Positions 13,101-26,437 of a DNA stretch of 64,000 nucleotides are shown piece by piece. Every line of letters begins with the position of its first letter. Within the stretch, counting starts at the first letter, position 1. The notes beneath the pieces are model-generated. The model did no database searches. It saw only the letters and a list, made by a program, of their open reading frames with translations, and was not told the DNA's origin. The DNA lies in the NCBI RefSeq assembly GCF_964355755.1, contig NC_092675.1:25268912-25332911 (forward strand). Direction: 5' to 3'. A program made the translations under genes and the position numbers. The DNA comes from Antedon mediterranea. Its lineage: Eukaryota > Animalia > Echinodermata.

Positions 13101-16100
13101 TCCTCCACATGCGTTTGCTTTCAGGATACGCCATTCAGTAGACATAAGACTTGTGTAAACTTGCCCTAAGATCCAAGTCTACTCAACACATAGCATACCT
13201 GTGGGCTTTCATAGCATAGTTTACACTGTATTAAAAAGTCTATGTTAAAAAATTGAAAGTGTTTCTAGTTAACAAGGATAGTGTCAATATTCTCCCCTAT
13301 ATTCAGGCCTTGTCTTTTGAAAATTATAGGTGTGCTACAAATTGCACTCCTCAATAGATTTAGGGTTGCTGTAGATGTGCTGTTTGTATTTTGGTTTGCA
13401 GAAGTTTACCAAAATTAAGCGTGTTATAAATCGCACTCCTCAAGAGCAGTTTAGTAGTGTGTTAGGTGAGTGATCGCACTCGCTCGCCTTAAATAACAAG
13501 GCCTGTATATTTAACATTTAAAAAAAAGGAGAATTGAGTCCAATGAATCAACTAAAATTGGGTAAATTTTGAAAAATATTAGTTGCTGTCAGAATGGTTT
13601 CTAAATAACATCATAAATTTAATTCTAAAACAATATGATCAATAAAGGCAATAGTGATTCAGACACTGAAATGTGTAGTTTATAATGATTTCATTTTGCA
13701 CTCTGTCATCGTTTTATGGTTGTAAGGAAGTCACGAAAGGTGATTTACATTTATAATCTGACACTGTTAATTACGACAGTTAATACTTTATGTTTCATTG
13801 CCGTTTGTACAATGTGTTCAAAGTCTTTCTCACTGTTGATTTTTCTGCTTAAGATTTGTAAAATATTCTGGATATTCTCTTAAATGTCATCGATCATACG
13901 ATTGACATGTCCTGGTTTTTTAATTATAGAGGCCTTACACCATGTCAAACTTGTCCTGTCACTGAGAACGTAGGGTTTCCTTCTTTCTGATTATGAAAAT
14001 TTATCTGAAATCAGTATTAAAAAGTGGAACACAAAATCTAAAACTATGCAAATAAAAATGTGCAATATATATTCTTGAGGTTCTTTGTAGCGTTAGACTC
14101 AAATTTAGACTCAAATAGACACACTCTTCCACTAATAATGATGGAAACTAAAGGAGACACTTTGAATCTTATATAATAATCATATTAACAAAAACCAAAC
14201 TTTTTAAATTGTATATTTGTATTTCCAGAAATTTATTGAAGAGTATTCACAGGAGAAGGAGAGCCGAGATGCTGTCTACACTTTCCTTGTTCATCAGATT
14301 ATCGAACAAGCCAGGAATTGCCTTGAAAGGTCACACGAAGGTCATATCTCCTCTCTCTACTTTGTGGAATTAACTGAACATTTGAATAAATTAATAGAAG
14401 AGGTAATGTAATTGTCTTCATTCTTACATTTAATAAGTAGAAATATGCTTGTTTTAAATCAATAAAATTTAGAGACTTCCAATACTAATGTAAAATTAAT
14501 TCTACAAAAAGCAATTTATTAATTAGAACAATTCGTGATATTTATATGTTAGTATATTTTGATAATTGAATTTTATATAATTTATAAAAAACATATATAT
14601 TTTTTCTTCTATTCTCTAGGCTACTCGTCGATCACAAAGCACTGCAAAATCTTTTTCGAAAATCATGCGTGAATTGTTGATAATTATTTCAAGGCCTGCT
14701 CGATTGTTGGAATGTCTAGTAAGGATAGCAAATAATTTAAAAAATATTTTTGTTTCATTATGTATTTAATACATACATTTAGAATGTTTTTTAATGGATT
14801 TTCAGTTGAGGCCTACTGACTGTTATTATTATTTATAATTTTAATGTAAACCCACCCATGTTTACATAGATGCCACTGTAGCCTGACTATTATTATTATT
14901 ATTATTACTAGATGGTACGCTCGCTTCGCTCGCGTACCATCTAGGTCGTGCCCACATATGGTTCTCGAATACATAGTAATTTCAGCGTAAAAAAACTGGC
15001 GATTTCAAAATGTAGGCCTACGTACCGCATGACTATAAAACATTTATTTATGTATTTATGTAGTCAACCAAAATTAGCACCGTGCGAATTACTTCCAAAA
15101 GAGAAACTTCTCACAAAATGAGTCCAAATGTTTCATTTGGACTCATTTAAACAAACCCAATTTGTATTTTGTATCTAACATTATTGAGGGTTGGTTTTTT
15201 TTTAATAGGCCTATAAATAACATAACACTAAATAGAGTAAAACATTTCCGATTTAATAACTGTTAAAATTGTTACTGTCATAGTCGATTGAAATAGTAAA
15301 GTACATGTAACGATACACCACCACGACTTTTTTTTTTTTGTAATTATTAATTAATACAAACGTTGAGAAGCAACTGTCAGTAATAAAGTATTATATTATT
15401 ATGTGTTTATAATCTAAAAGTAGGGGCTACCCACACTCACAGTAATAAAGTTTATTAGTATATTTGTTTATACTAGACGGTACGCTCGCTTCGCTCGCGT
15501 ACCATCTAGTTCGTGCCCACAGATGGTTCTCGAATACATAGTAATTTCAGCGTAAAAAAACTGGCGATTTCAAATGTACGTACGGCAGGACTATAAAACA
15601 TTGTCTTTTACAGAAACAAATAAATAGACACAATGATTTATGCAGTCAACCAAAATTAGCACCTAGAAACTTGTCACAAATGAGTCCAAATTTGTTATTT
15701 GGACTCATTTAAACAAACCCAATTTTGTATCTATTAGAGTTTAGGGTTTTGTATCTAACATTAGAGTTGAGCGTTGGGGATGAGGATAGATACAAAGAGG
15801 AACAATTTTTTAATATATTCTTTATATTAAATGGTTCTTTAATATATTTCTTTATTATCCACTCTCAGTAACGAAAATTTTTTTATAGGCCTATAAATAA
15901 TATACCACTAAATAGAGTAAAACATTTCCGATTTAATACTTTATTAAAACTGTCACTGTCTTTTGTTCGATTGAAATAGTAAAGTACATTTAAAGACCAC
16001 TAATACGTTTATATTTTTGTAATTATTAATTAATACAAACGTTGAGAAACAACTGACAGTAATAAAGTATTATATTATTATGTGTTTAATCTAAAAGTAG

Positions 16101-19100
16101 GGGCTACCCACACTCACAGTGATAAAGTTTATTAGTATATTTGTTTATATTATATTTAACAGTACCAACACACTTTTGATTCAAATGGCGATCAAAAGTG
16201 GTTAATACCTATTTGCAGTATTGTATAGCATTACAATACTATTTCTGTTTATTCTCCAAGGGTCTATAAATTTACCTACTTGTGTTAAACCATGGAGGTA
16301 TGCAAGTATGGTTAAACCAAATAATTTGGAATGTTCCATTCATTGCAAATCAATACATTTGTATAAACGTATATTAAATGTATCAAAATAGTATTTTTTA
16401 AAGAAAATCGGCCTGTCTTCAACATTATGATGCTGTACTCGAGCTGTTCAACCGGTTTTCAGCCATTAAAAACAGTTAACGTAGGAGGAGATAGGAAAAT
16501 GCGAAGCGTCCTCGTATTATTGTATGCGGGTATTTTTCACGATGGACATGCATTAAACAGTGTATACCACGGTCGGAAAACACCCCTATTTGGGGCAAAT
16601 CGTTGAACCTAAATTCGTTTTAATCGTCAATAACTAATTATCTAACTCAATTTAATTAGTAAACAGGGTTACATCAGGTGGTTAAAATCAGTACCGAAAG
16701 TACGATCCAACTTTATATACCATCGAGTAAAAATTCTAGAAGTAAGGCGCGATTTACCGAATTTTGCCCTTACGTAAATTTATATATAGATTATAATAAA
16801 CAGTAGGCCTACCAACGCACACAATAAGAAATTTGCGATTCAAATGGCTATCAAAAGTGGTTAATACCTATTTACAGTATTGTATAGCTTTACAATACTA
16901 TTTATGTTTATTCTCAAAGGGCCCATAAATTGACCTACTTGTGTTAAATCATGGAGGTATGCAAGCATGGTTAAACCAAATAATTTGGAATGTTCCATTC
17001 ATCGCAAATCAATACATTTGTATAAACGTATATTAAATCTATCAAAATAGTATTTTTTAAAGAAAATCGGCTTGTCTTCAACATTATGATACTCTACTCG
17101 AGCTGTTCAACCGGTTTTCAGCTATTAAAAACAATTATCGTAGGAGGAGATAGGAAAATGCGAAGTATCCTCGTATTATTGTGTACAGGTATTTTTCATG
17201 AGGACATCCATTAGACAGTGTATACCACGATCGGAAAACACCACTATTTGGGGCAAATGGTTGAACCTAAATTCGTTTTAATTGTCAATAACTAATTATC
17301 TAACTAAATTTAATTAGTAAACAGGGTTACATCAGGTGGTTAAAATCAGTACCGAGATTATAACCAACTTTATATACCATCGAGTACACATTCTAGAAAT
17401 AACGCGCGATTTACCGAATTTTGCCCTTACGTAAATTTATATATAGATTATGATTTATCACTCTTCCTAGAGACCAAAGCACTGTACAAAAATGGATGAA
17501 ACATTTACAATACAATATAGTTCACAACCATTAAGAATTAATTACAGGTTAATATTCAAATATTAAAAACATAAAAATAGAAATGATCTAAAAGTACAAT
17601 TGCAGTTGAAGTGTCCTTTGGGACATCCCTATTCAAGGGACACTCCTATTAACGGACACCTGGTTGGGTCCTGAATGTGGATGCCCTGAATGTGTCTCTT
17701 TGATATGAGTTTTACTGTATGAACTGTATGCTTGTCTTTCAATCATAAGGTCCTAGTTTTAAATCCTGTTTAATAGTTTTCTCATAGCTAAAATAGTGTA
17801 TGTCTTAAATTAAAAGAAATCACTATTTGATAGGCTTGCATAATAACAACTAAATTAAAATGAAAACAAATTGTTTTTCTTTTTTAGGAGTTTGATCCTG
17901 AAAGATTCTATGATTTTCTACAAGCAGCTGAAGGACATGCCAAAAAGGGTGTAACAGCTGATGTCCCCCAGTACATCATCAATCAGCTTGGACTTACCAA
18001 AGACCCACTAGGTTAGTTGTCCTTATTGTGAGAAACAGTGATTTTTATAAAACCATGTATGTATAGTCATTATGCCTAATGGTTTTTTTAGGTTTATGCA
18101 TAGGAAGGTAATTTACCCTATGGAAGATACTAGTGGCTATTGTTTCGAACATTGACAAATGGTTTACCTTTTAAGACCACTTTTATTTTTCAATTTCAAC
18201 CTAATGCTTTTGCTATTTTAAGATTAAAAAAAAACTTAAAAGCTTTTCTTAAACTAAATAGTGGTGTCCCAAAGTGTTATAATGTATAAGCTGTGGTATG
18301 TATGTATAATGTCACATGCCTTATGTTTAATTCTGTCACATGACAATGACAAAATTGTCCTATATCAACTTAGTGACACCTTTTAACATTTATAATATTC
18401 TTACCAAGTAGTAGTATTGTAATTTCCATTATATTGGATTATAAGGAATCTGTACCATTACATCAATTGCTGAACGTCATTAAAGAAATGGCTTCCTTAT
18501 TTATAGGAATGATCCTTGTAAGAATAACAACAGCGTGTATTCCCAAATCTATATATATAGACCCACTTCCTTTTAGGAAACTTTGTAGAAAGTTATATAA
18601 CTGTGATAGGGTTACTTATATATATACTTGAATGATTCAATTTAAGTTAAGTTACTAAAGTAAATAATGAAATTGAATAAACTAACTGCTTATCGATGTC
18701 GATTCAATCTAGAAATGACGACCAGCTTGTGTTTACAAGAACGCTTGAATGGTGGTGGTGACAGCAGTCCTGAGCAACAGGTTAGTTCAATGGGAAAATA
18801 TTAGGTATTTAATTAATTTATTATTTATTTTAGTAGTTTTTTAAACAAAAACATTGTTTTAAAAAATACAATTTCTATATATATTGTAATTTTAATTTAT
18901 GCTTCTATTTTTTTTTTTGTAAATGAAATTAGGAAAGTACTTTTAAATATTCTTAAGAGGTAATTTGTGCTGTTTGGCAATATTGGTTGATCTTGGTACT
19001 GTCTATATTTTTGTACCAAAACTCTTTTTTTCAGAGATGGTTAAAATGAATGTTTAGAATGTAAATTTATGATACTGTATATCATGCATTTGAGTAAATG

Positions 19101-19852
19101 TTTTTTTTTAAAGAAATTCACTATGAACTAACTTTGTATCTGGGTTGCTCATATGACTTTTTATACTACATGTTCTATTTGATATATTGGTATATGTTAT
19201 GCATACTGATTGATGGACATTGCCGAATGTCCCTCACACTAATTGAATTATTTACCCAAGCCTGCAAACTTGCATTGTCATTCACAGTAATGTAGTTTTT
19301 TTTTTAGTTAACAATTTTACAAGTCCAATGCAAAAAAGAACTTTGGCAAAGTATTTGTCCGTTAAATTATCTAGGCAGGAAGAACTTAGCCATGACATGG
19401 ATTATAGGTCAGAAAGCGCCTAATTGATGTCGGGTATTGAAATAGATTGACTTTTACCACTGTCAGACAGACGACTCCATTCCAACGTCATTCAGAATTC
19501 ACTTATTATTCAGTTTTGAACTTTCCTGGGTACTCTAGTTTGAAACACATTTTTTAACAGAAATTTCGAAAAAAACAGTAAATGTTGCACAAAAAAGCTA
19601 AATAAGTACACACCAGTAAAGATTCTGTGACAAATATTATTGTATTCATTGTAATATTTTGTCCATTGATATATTTTCTAATTTCAAATTTGTTTTTGTT
19701 ATAAAGGAGAAAGGCAAAAGGAGAAATAGTTTACAAATGCCGAGCGAAGATGATTTTGAGAATTTGAAAATCATTAGTAACGGAGCCTATGGGTATGGAG
19801 TTTATATTTTATTGCAATAACAACTATGTAATGTAAAGATTTGTGAAAAGAA

Positions 19853-19886
<34 letters not shown>

Positions 19887-22800
19887 AAACTGATTACAGT
19901 TGAACCCCTATTACATCATCTAGGACATCTTTAGGACCAACAAAGTATCCCATAATAGAGATTGTCCCCTTAATAGGGGTTGGCTGCAGTATTACAAACC
20001 TCATTTATTTAAAAATTGTCCCCTATAGAATATACAAAGAAGGGGTTCTTTTTTTGTCTCTTTTGTGGGGGAAACCCACTTTTATTGCAATGATAAACAA
20101 TATGGTAAAGGTTACAGTATGTCTGTCTATGTATCAATGAATATTAAAGTGATACTACACAGACTGAGGTTAAAAGATTAAATATATTTTGACAAAGGAG
20201 GGGTTCTGCTGTATTATAAGAATATACTTGTTCCATGTGCAATGAACTTTAACCTTTGCGTTACAGGGCTGTGTATCTAGTGAAACACAAGAGATTACAA
20301 CAAAGGTTTGCGATGAAGAAAATATGTAAGCACAACCTAGTACTAAGAAATCAAGTCGAACAGGTGTTTGCAGAACGAGATATTCTCTCGTTTGCAGAGA
20401 ATCCATTTGTTGTTGGAATGTACTGTAGCTTTGAGACGAAGGTTAGTTAATATTTTGTCACCCACTTGTGAACATACAACAGGATGCACAGGCTTTCCTT
20501 GATGATTTCTAGGTTTCAGAAGGCTGTTTCCTGCTTTTATAAAATCAAACCAATGAAGATGTCACTCAAGTTAATGATGTGATTAATGCTATCATTGTTA
20601 TCTCTAATTTTGATCTTGTTATAATTGAAACTGGTGCAAAATTGATGATTGAATGGATTCAGATTTGTGTACTTGTATTCTAAAACAGCTTCTGGACAGT
20701 ATCATTAACAATTCTTGTTTGTCCAGCATATGTAAAGAGTTATAAGCTTCTTTTAAAGACATCAAATCTACCAAAAAACTTGAAACAAAAATGGACACCT
20801 AAAAATTAAAAGAAAGAACCAGAAACTCAGAAAAGAATGAAAGAGTCTACATAAACCATGGATTCCTTAAAAGTACCAAATAATTTGGATTATTGATATT
20901 GTAGTAAAATATCATGACTTTCTTATTTTTAGAAACATTTATGCCTTGTGATGGAGTATGTAGAAGGAGGAGATGTTGCAACATTACTTAAGAATATTGG
21001 TGCTCTACCCTTTGATACTGCCAGGTAAATATAGTACATACAGTACTAATACCTTTCTCATACACATGTATTGGTATTGGTTAATTCATAATAATAATAA
21101 TAAATTTATATTATAAAAACTATATAACTTTTGAATACTAAGCAAATTGAACTTGCATAGTTTTGAAGATAAGCTATGTTTTTTTAACCTAAGTGCGTGC
21201 TGTTTGATGGCAGGAAATCTTAGTTGTAGGTAGCCCGAGGCAATGCTCTTTGATGCCATTCACCATTTCAAGACATGAGCCTCTTATCATTTTGGTGTTC
21301 TTTGAAGGAGATTGTATTTTTCTTGATCTATATTATTAGAGGTTGTCCCTTTAGGCTAATATATCCTGCTGTCAAAAGTAATGATAGAAATCAAATATTA
21401 ACTTGACTCAGGTTTGTTGGATGCTTTTTCGCTTTCCATCATTTGTCAGTACTTTTAATTGTTTAGTATGTTTATGATTAAATGTTACGATTACTGAAAA
21501 GTGTCCTTGATTTAATTTCCTTCAGCTGATGTAGTGTCATTGTGTTATGAAAATAGAAAAAGCAATCAATGTTTATTAATGGCAAAAATAAAAGTTTTGT
21601 TCTTAATATTTTAACATACTGTAGATTTAATAGATAATAAAGTGTAATGAGTACTTCAGTAATATTGTCTGGTAACATTTTGTTGTTGATTCACAATTTT
21701 CTGTTATATGTTTTGCACTACTCGAATGTAAACCTGTAGGTCACTAACTTCAAGACCACAGACTAAAATACAAAGCTACTCCACAGTAATTTACAGTATA
21801 TTCACAAAATAAGAAAATGATGTTAAGAACGTTTAACTGCTTATTTTGGGACAACAGCAAGATTTGAGTGTGTTTCTGTTTGGTTTTTTAGGTTGTATTT
21901 TGCGGAAGCAGTACTAGCCATAGAATATTTACATAGTTATGGTATTGTACATAGGGACATAAAACCAGATAAGTAAGTTCCTATCAATTCATAAATTATA
22001 ACGATTTTTATCAACATGTATTATTATATTAAATATTTGTTGGCATTTAATTTGCATTTGATAAAAAAAGCTTTTATTACTTTCTGTTTGGTAATTACAA
22101 CAAACCACATTATATCTGTATTTTTAGAGTTTATAAATCATAATCTTTTTATGTATCTCTTTGATAGCCTTTTAATAACATCAACAGGACACATCAAATT
22201 AACTGATTTTGGATTGTCCAGAATGGGTATTATGAGCTGTAAGTATTGAACAATTTATTTATAGGCATTTATTATCAGTCTTTCAGTTTTTATAAGGGTT
22301 TAAGTGTATAACAATAAATATGAAGCCCTGTTTATGAAGTCTATTTACAAACATCCTGATGACCCCATTGCTCTGACTAATACAATACGTTACATTCGTA
22401 TAATTGAAGATAGCTCTGGGACTAACAACTTTTAGGAAATCTATTTTTAACTTGGTCATTGATGACAGATTTATTTATTTATTTTGAGACACTACATCGT
22501 TGGAACTGTGGCACTGACAGAAAAACTATGTATATAAAATTAAACTATTTATAATTATTTGTTTTTTCATCAGTAACCACAAATCTGTTTGAGGACTCTC
22601 TGGATAAAGATACTGCACAATTCAAAGATCAGCAAGTATGCGGTACACCTCAGTACATAGCTCCAGAGGTTATCTTAAGACAGGGATATGGCAAGCCGGT
22701 TGACTGGTGGTCTATGGGAATCTGCCTCTATGAATTTCTTGTAGGATGTCCTCCATTCTTTGGTGACACTCCAGATGAATTGTTCTTTCAAGCAACAAAT

Positions 22801-25800
22801 GGTATAGTTTATCATGTCAATTTTATATAATAAAAAACTGATCTTTACTTTTACTGAACTACAATTACACACAAAAAAATATACAATTACAAAATCTTAT
22901 TGTATTTGTTCCACATCTGCAGTTTCTTGATTTAGACTTCTAGACCTAGCCCATACCACAACTTTCATTTGTAGCAACAAATAATCAGTACTTATTTTAT
23001 ACCATTTTTAGTTGAGTTGGAATGGCCAGAAGAGGAAGATGAGATGTTAACTCCAGAGTCAGTGGATCTTATAACAAAATTATTAAATGAAGAAGCCAAG
23101 TTTAGGCTAGGTACTGGCGGCTCACATGAAGTCAAGACACATCCGTTTTTTAATGAACTTGATTGGACTTCACTGCTGAGGCAGAAGGTGGAGTTTATAC
23201 CAGCACTTGAGGGAGAGGATGACACCAGTTACTTTGATTGTACGTTTAATTAAATTTTACCAACTGGATAATGATTATAATACTATGAAATAGTTTTTTG
23301 TTTGGGAACTAATACCATTTTCACATCTGCAAAATGTAGACAATCACAGTACCGCTGTTAAATCTCAGAAGAAAAACACACCAACAAGAGGCCTGTGTTT
23401 TTGTTCTGCGATGTTCCGAGTTCTTACTCTAAAAATGTATTGTTTTTAATTTGACAGCACGTTCCGACCGATACAACCACACAGTTGAGACAGATGATGA
23501 TGATGAAGAATTTCCAGATTATTCACATTTTTCGACTCTTTCACCACGCTTCAGCAAATCCTACAGTAGCCTTTCACAGTCATCGGATGATTCTGAAAAA
23601 CGGGAAAGAGCGAATTCATGCACGGAAACCGATTTGGATACATCATCAGATTTGAAAGAGGATTCCCTGCTTAAGACTGATAGCTCTGGTCCAAATTCTC
23701 CTAGACTGTAAGTAAAGGATTCACGTCATTACTAAAAACCAGGCCCTGTATTTTACTATATTTGGAGAACTGTTATGTTTGCTAAAATCTGTATTTGCAT
23801 TATTTTCTTATGGTTTTTCCTTTCCAGTTGTAGCATGCTACGCAGTTCAAACACTGATTCTTCAACGAGCGAGACAACAGAAAACTCTCCAAGAACGCGG
23901 CGTCGATTGATGCGAAAGCCGAGTCTTAAGGATATGCTACCCAAGCTCTCCATCTCACTGGAGGAGGACATGGTAGAATGGCCTTGTATATCAACACCTA
24001 AAGGAGATGCTAGAAAGTCTCGTTCATCAGTTACAAAGTCTGCATCAATTAACACTCTTTCATTAGTCATTCCTCCAGGTACATATATAGACTATTAAAA
24101 TAATAGTTAATTTTTATAATTCAATTTACCTTATGGAGTGGAGTTTTGCTTTGATGAGTAGTAGCTTTGTGGTTATTAATCCCAGGGTCCTGCCAGTTCA
24201 AATCCTGTCCAATGTCAGATTTCACCAAATTAAGTAAATTTTCCATTTACATAAAAGCAATAATGACAAAGATACTGACTAATTTTAAGCTACCTTTAAT
24301 CATACTATTTATATTTATCATGTTTTTGTTTGCTTTTGATGATTGTTACTATATATTGTGTGCATGTTTTGTCCAGTCTATATCCTGCACAATATTATGT
24401 GTATAGTATATGGCATTTTTCAAACTATAATGTAATATATGAACAGGACATAAGAACCGTAGGTATATTTGATGTGAAAATTTGCTGTGGCTTTATTTCA
24501 TTTTGTCTTTTTATTGTAGAATTTCCCTTTGATGTTTTTATTTCAACCTTGTTGCATGATTGACTTTCCTTGTGGTGTTTTCATTTGTGTGTTTTGTCTT
24601 TTTTTTTTAATTACATAGAAGACCTACAAGTTCCTTCTCCTTTAAATTCACCAATAGAATCAAGTGTTAGTTCCAGAGATGCATCACCTTCCAGAGATTT
24701 TTCACCAGCCATAGGACCGTTGAAGCCACCTATCATCATACAAAAGCGAGGACGGAAGGAACGGTTAGGATTTGAGCTGTCGGCCATCCGAGTCTACCTT
24801 GGTGATACCAATGTGTACACAATACACCACATTGTAAAGGTATGCTTTAAAATGTTATATTTAATTGATGTGATTATTTTTGTTTTTTATTTCAACCATA
24901 TTTAAAGGTGACCCTTCCATTTAAAGTAGGTACAGAAAACTGACTTCAGAGGCCTCTAAAAAAAAACTATTTCCTAAAATACAAATCAAACAACTTTTAC
25001 TGAACATGTAAAAATATACAAAATCGAGAAAAATATTTATTTATAATATACATATACATGAAATATGCAGAAGTGAAATTACCTGCATTACTAAAGTAGA
25101 TTTGATAAAAATTAATTGAAAATAATGTCATTTTCTTACAGCATGTTGATACAGAAAGTGATGTTTACAAAGCAGGATTACAAAAGAATGATCTTGTTAC
25201 ACATATCAACAGTAAACCTGTTCAGGGTCTACTTCATACCGAAGTAATTCAACTTATAGCTGGCACCACCAATCAGCTGAGCATACGTGCTTTACCTATT
25301 GAACACACCACCATCAAAAGTGGTGGTCGAAAAAGAAATCCATCCATTAGTAAAATGGCCAAGAGAAAAAAAAGAAATCGCAGACGAGACATCCGAAGGA
25401 GTTCTATTGTGAGAAGATCAAGTCTGAATCGACGTAGCCTTGTTGAAGGATCTCATGTCCATATGCCTTCACCTTTGACCGGAAGCAAAAGTATTGGTTC
25501 ACTCCATCGAATAGCTGGTGATTATGTAACACGTTCTCCAACATTATTGAAAACGCAGCGTTCTCCGTTCAGTGCACTTACTGATGATCACCGGACATCT
25601 TCTACTAATAGTTCGCCGTGTTCCAGTGGACCAAATTCACCGGCATCATCACACTTTTCTTCGAGGCCAAGCAGTTTATCGGGATTGCTTTCACAAAGAT
25701 CTATTGGGAATCGCGGACATCGTAGGAAATCTGTTGGACATATACCTGTTTCGCCATTAGCAAGGACTCCAAGTCCTTCGCCTATGCCAACATCACCAGT

Positions 25801-26437
25801 GAGGAGTTCAAGTCCACTTGCAATTCATACTCATTCACCTGGAAGTTCTAATTTGACTCAGTCATATCCAATTCAGAACTTATCATTTGCTTCGCCAATG
25901 AAAAAGAAGTTGAATAAAAGAACTCACGATACTCCACCTTCTCCTCTTTTAAGAAGAGCACTCTCTCCAGATAGAGAAAAAATGTCTTTGTCGTCTGAGT
26001 ACCTGGAACCTCATGTGAGAAGCAAGTCTGAATCTGGAACTGATTTTCTGCTTAGAAAGACATCTTCATTTGGAAGGTGTACCAAACCAGATTTTTTACG
26101 AGCTCGCTTTGAAAAAGATTTAGAAAAAGAAAGACGAAAGGCTGAAGCAAAGGAAAAGAAAGAGAAAAAAGAGGAAGCAAAAGTTGAAGAAGAAAAGAAA
26201 GAGGAAAAACCTTCAAAGGCTACTAAAGCTGATAAGAAAGCCAAAAAAGATAAAAGTGATGAAACAAATAAGGAGGAAAAGAAGACAGCTAGATCAGAAC
26301 AAAAGGAAAAGAAAGAGAAAGAAAAGAAAGTTAAAGAGAAAAAAGACAAAGCTGATAAGGACAAGAAAGAGAGTTCAAAGGGAGATAAAAGTGGAAAGAA
26401 AAATGAAGAAGTTGATAGCAGAGTAACCAGTTTGTAA
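7190..26437 (+). CDS. MAST: Microtubule-associated Ser/Thr kinase (MAST family: DUF1908, AGC kinase, PDZ), 5'-partial, 18 exons traced
   Basis: GT-AG exons with consistent phases: 7190-7338, 7621-7772, 11106-11217, 14229-14402, 14620-14718, 17888-18011, 18713-18780, 19707-19792, 20267-20441, 20933-21024, 21892-21972, 22168-22238, 22574-22801, 23012-23239, 23458-23707, 23828-24078, 24619-24839, 25142-26437. MAST signatures: [65 protein letters not shown] and [16 protein letters not shown]. No start exon found in 1-7189. Confidence 0.97.
7800..7885. repeat. Tandem duplication, 2 x ~43 bp
   Basis: AATAAGTAACAAAAATA(A/G)TATTTCTACTAAAAAATA(G/T)TAGTAA occurs twice. Confidence 0.8.
10764..10820. 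repeat. Perfect palindrome, 28-bp arms with 1-nt spacer
   Basis: CATTTAGCTTCAATTACCTAGAATTGTA-T-TACAATTCTAGGTAATTGAAGCTAAATG. Confidence 0.92.
11286..11372 (-). mobile_element. 3' tail remnant of an L2/CR1-type LINE or SINE
   Basis: Minus strand reads CTGGGCCCTCTGGGAGACCAGTCATTGACTGAAGAGGTTACCCAGTATAAATA followed by a (CAAT)n tail, typical of such 3' ends. Confidence 0.6.
13304..13505. mobile_element. Short hAT-like MITE
   Basis: TIRs CAGGCCTTGT/ACAAGGCCTG, a TATATT direct repeat on both flanks, and internal repeated GCACTC motifs. Confidence 0.7.
14908..17447 (-). mobile_element. Non-autonomous Helitron, outer copy (interrupted by a second copy of the same family)
   Basis: On the minus strand it starts TC (TCTATATATAAATTTACG) and ends with the hairpin TAGATGGTACGCGAGCGAAGCGAGCGTACCATCTAG and terminal CTAG. 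It is inserted between A and T of a (TTA)n tract, with no TSD. Confidence 0.88.
15473..16790 (-). mobile_element. Non-autonomous Helitron, inner nested copy
   Basis: Same TC...hairpin-CTAG termini, flanked by A15472 and T16791. Its two halves are homologous to 14908-15472 and 16791-17447. Confidence 0.88.
17602..17719. mobile_element. Degenerate ~100-bp Tc1/mariner-type MITE
   Basis: CAGT...ACTG-TA ends with repeated GGACAC/GTGTCC motifs. Related to the copies at 19897 and ~33047. Confidence 0.5.
19853..19886. repeat. (ACT)n microsatellite
   Basis: About 11 copies of ACT. Confidence 0.9.
19897..19990. mobile_element. ~95-bp Tc1/mariner-type MITE
   Basis: TA-CAGTTGAACCCCTATTA ... TAATAGGGGTTGGCTG imperfect TIRs. 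The internal CAACAAAGT is shared with 33047-33128. Confidence 0.55.

Noticed and set aside
12186-13200. Possible 1-kb DNA transposon (AGGTAT...ATACCT)
   Set aside because: Only a 6-bp terminal match and no TSD. The sequence looks repeat-like but the boundaries cannot be supported.
24447-24462. Possible MAST microexon before the PDZ exon
   Set aside because: No polypyrimidine tract. The better donor gives a frameshifting 16 nt.
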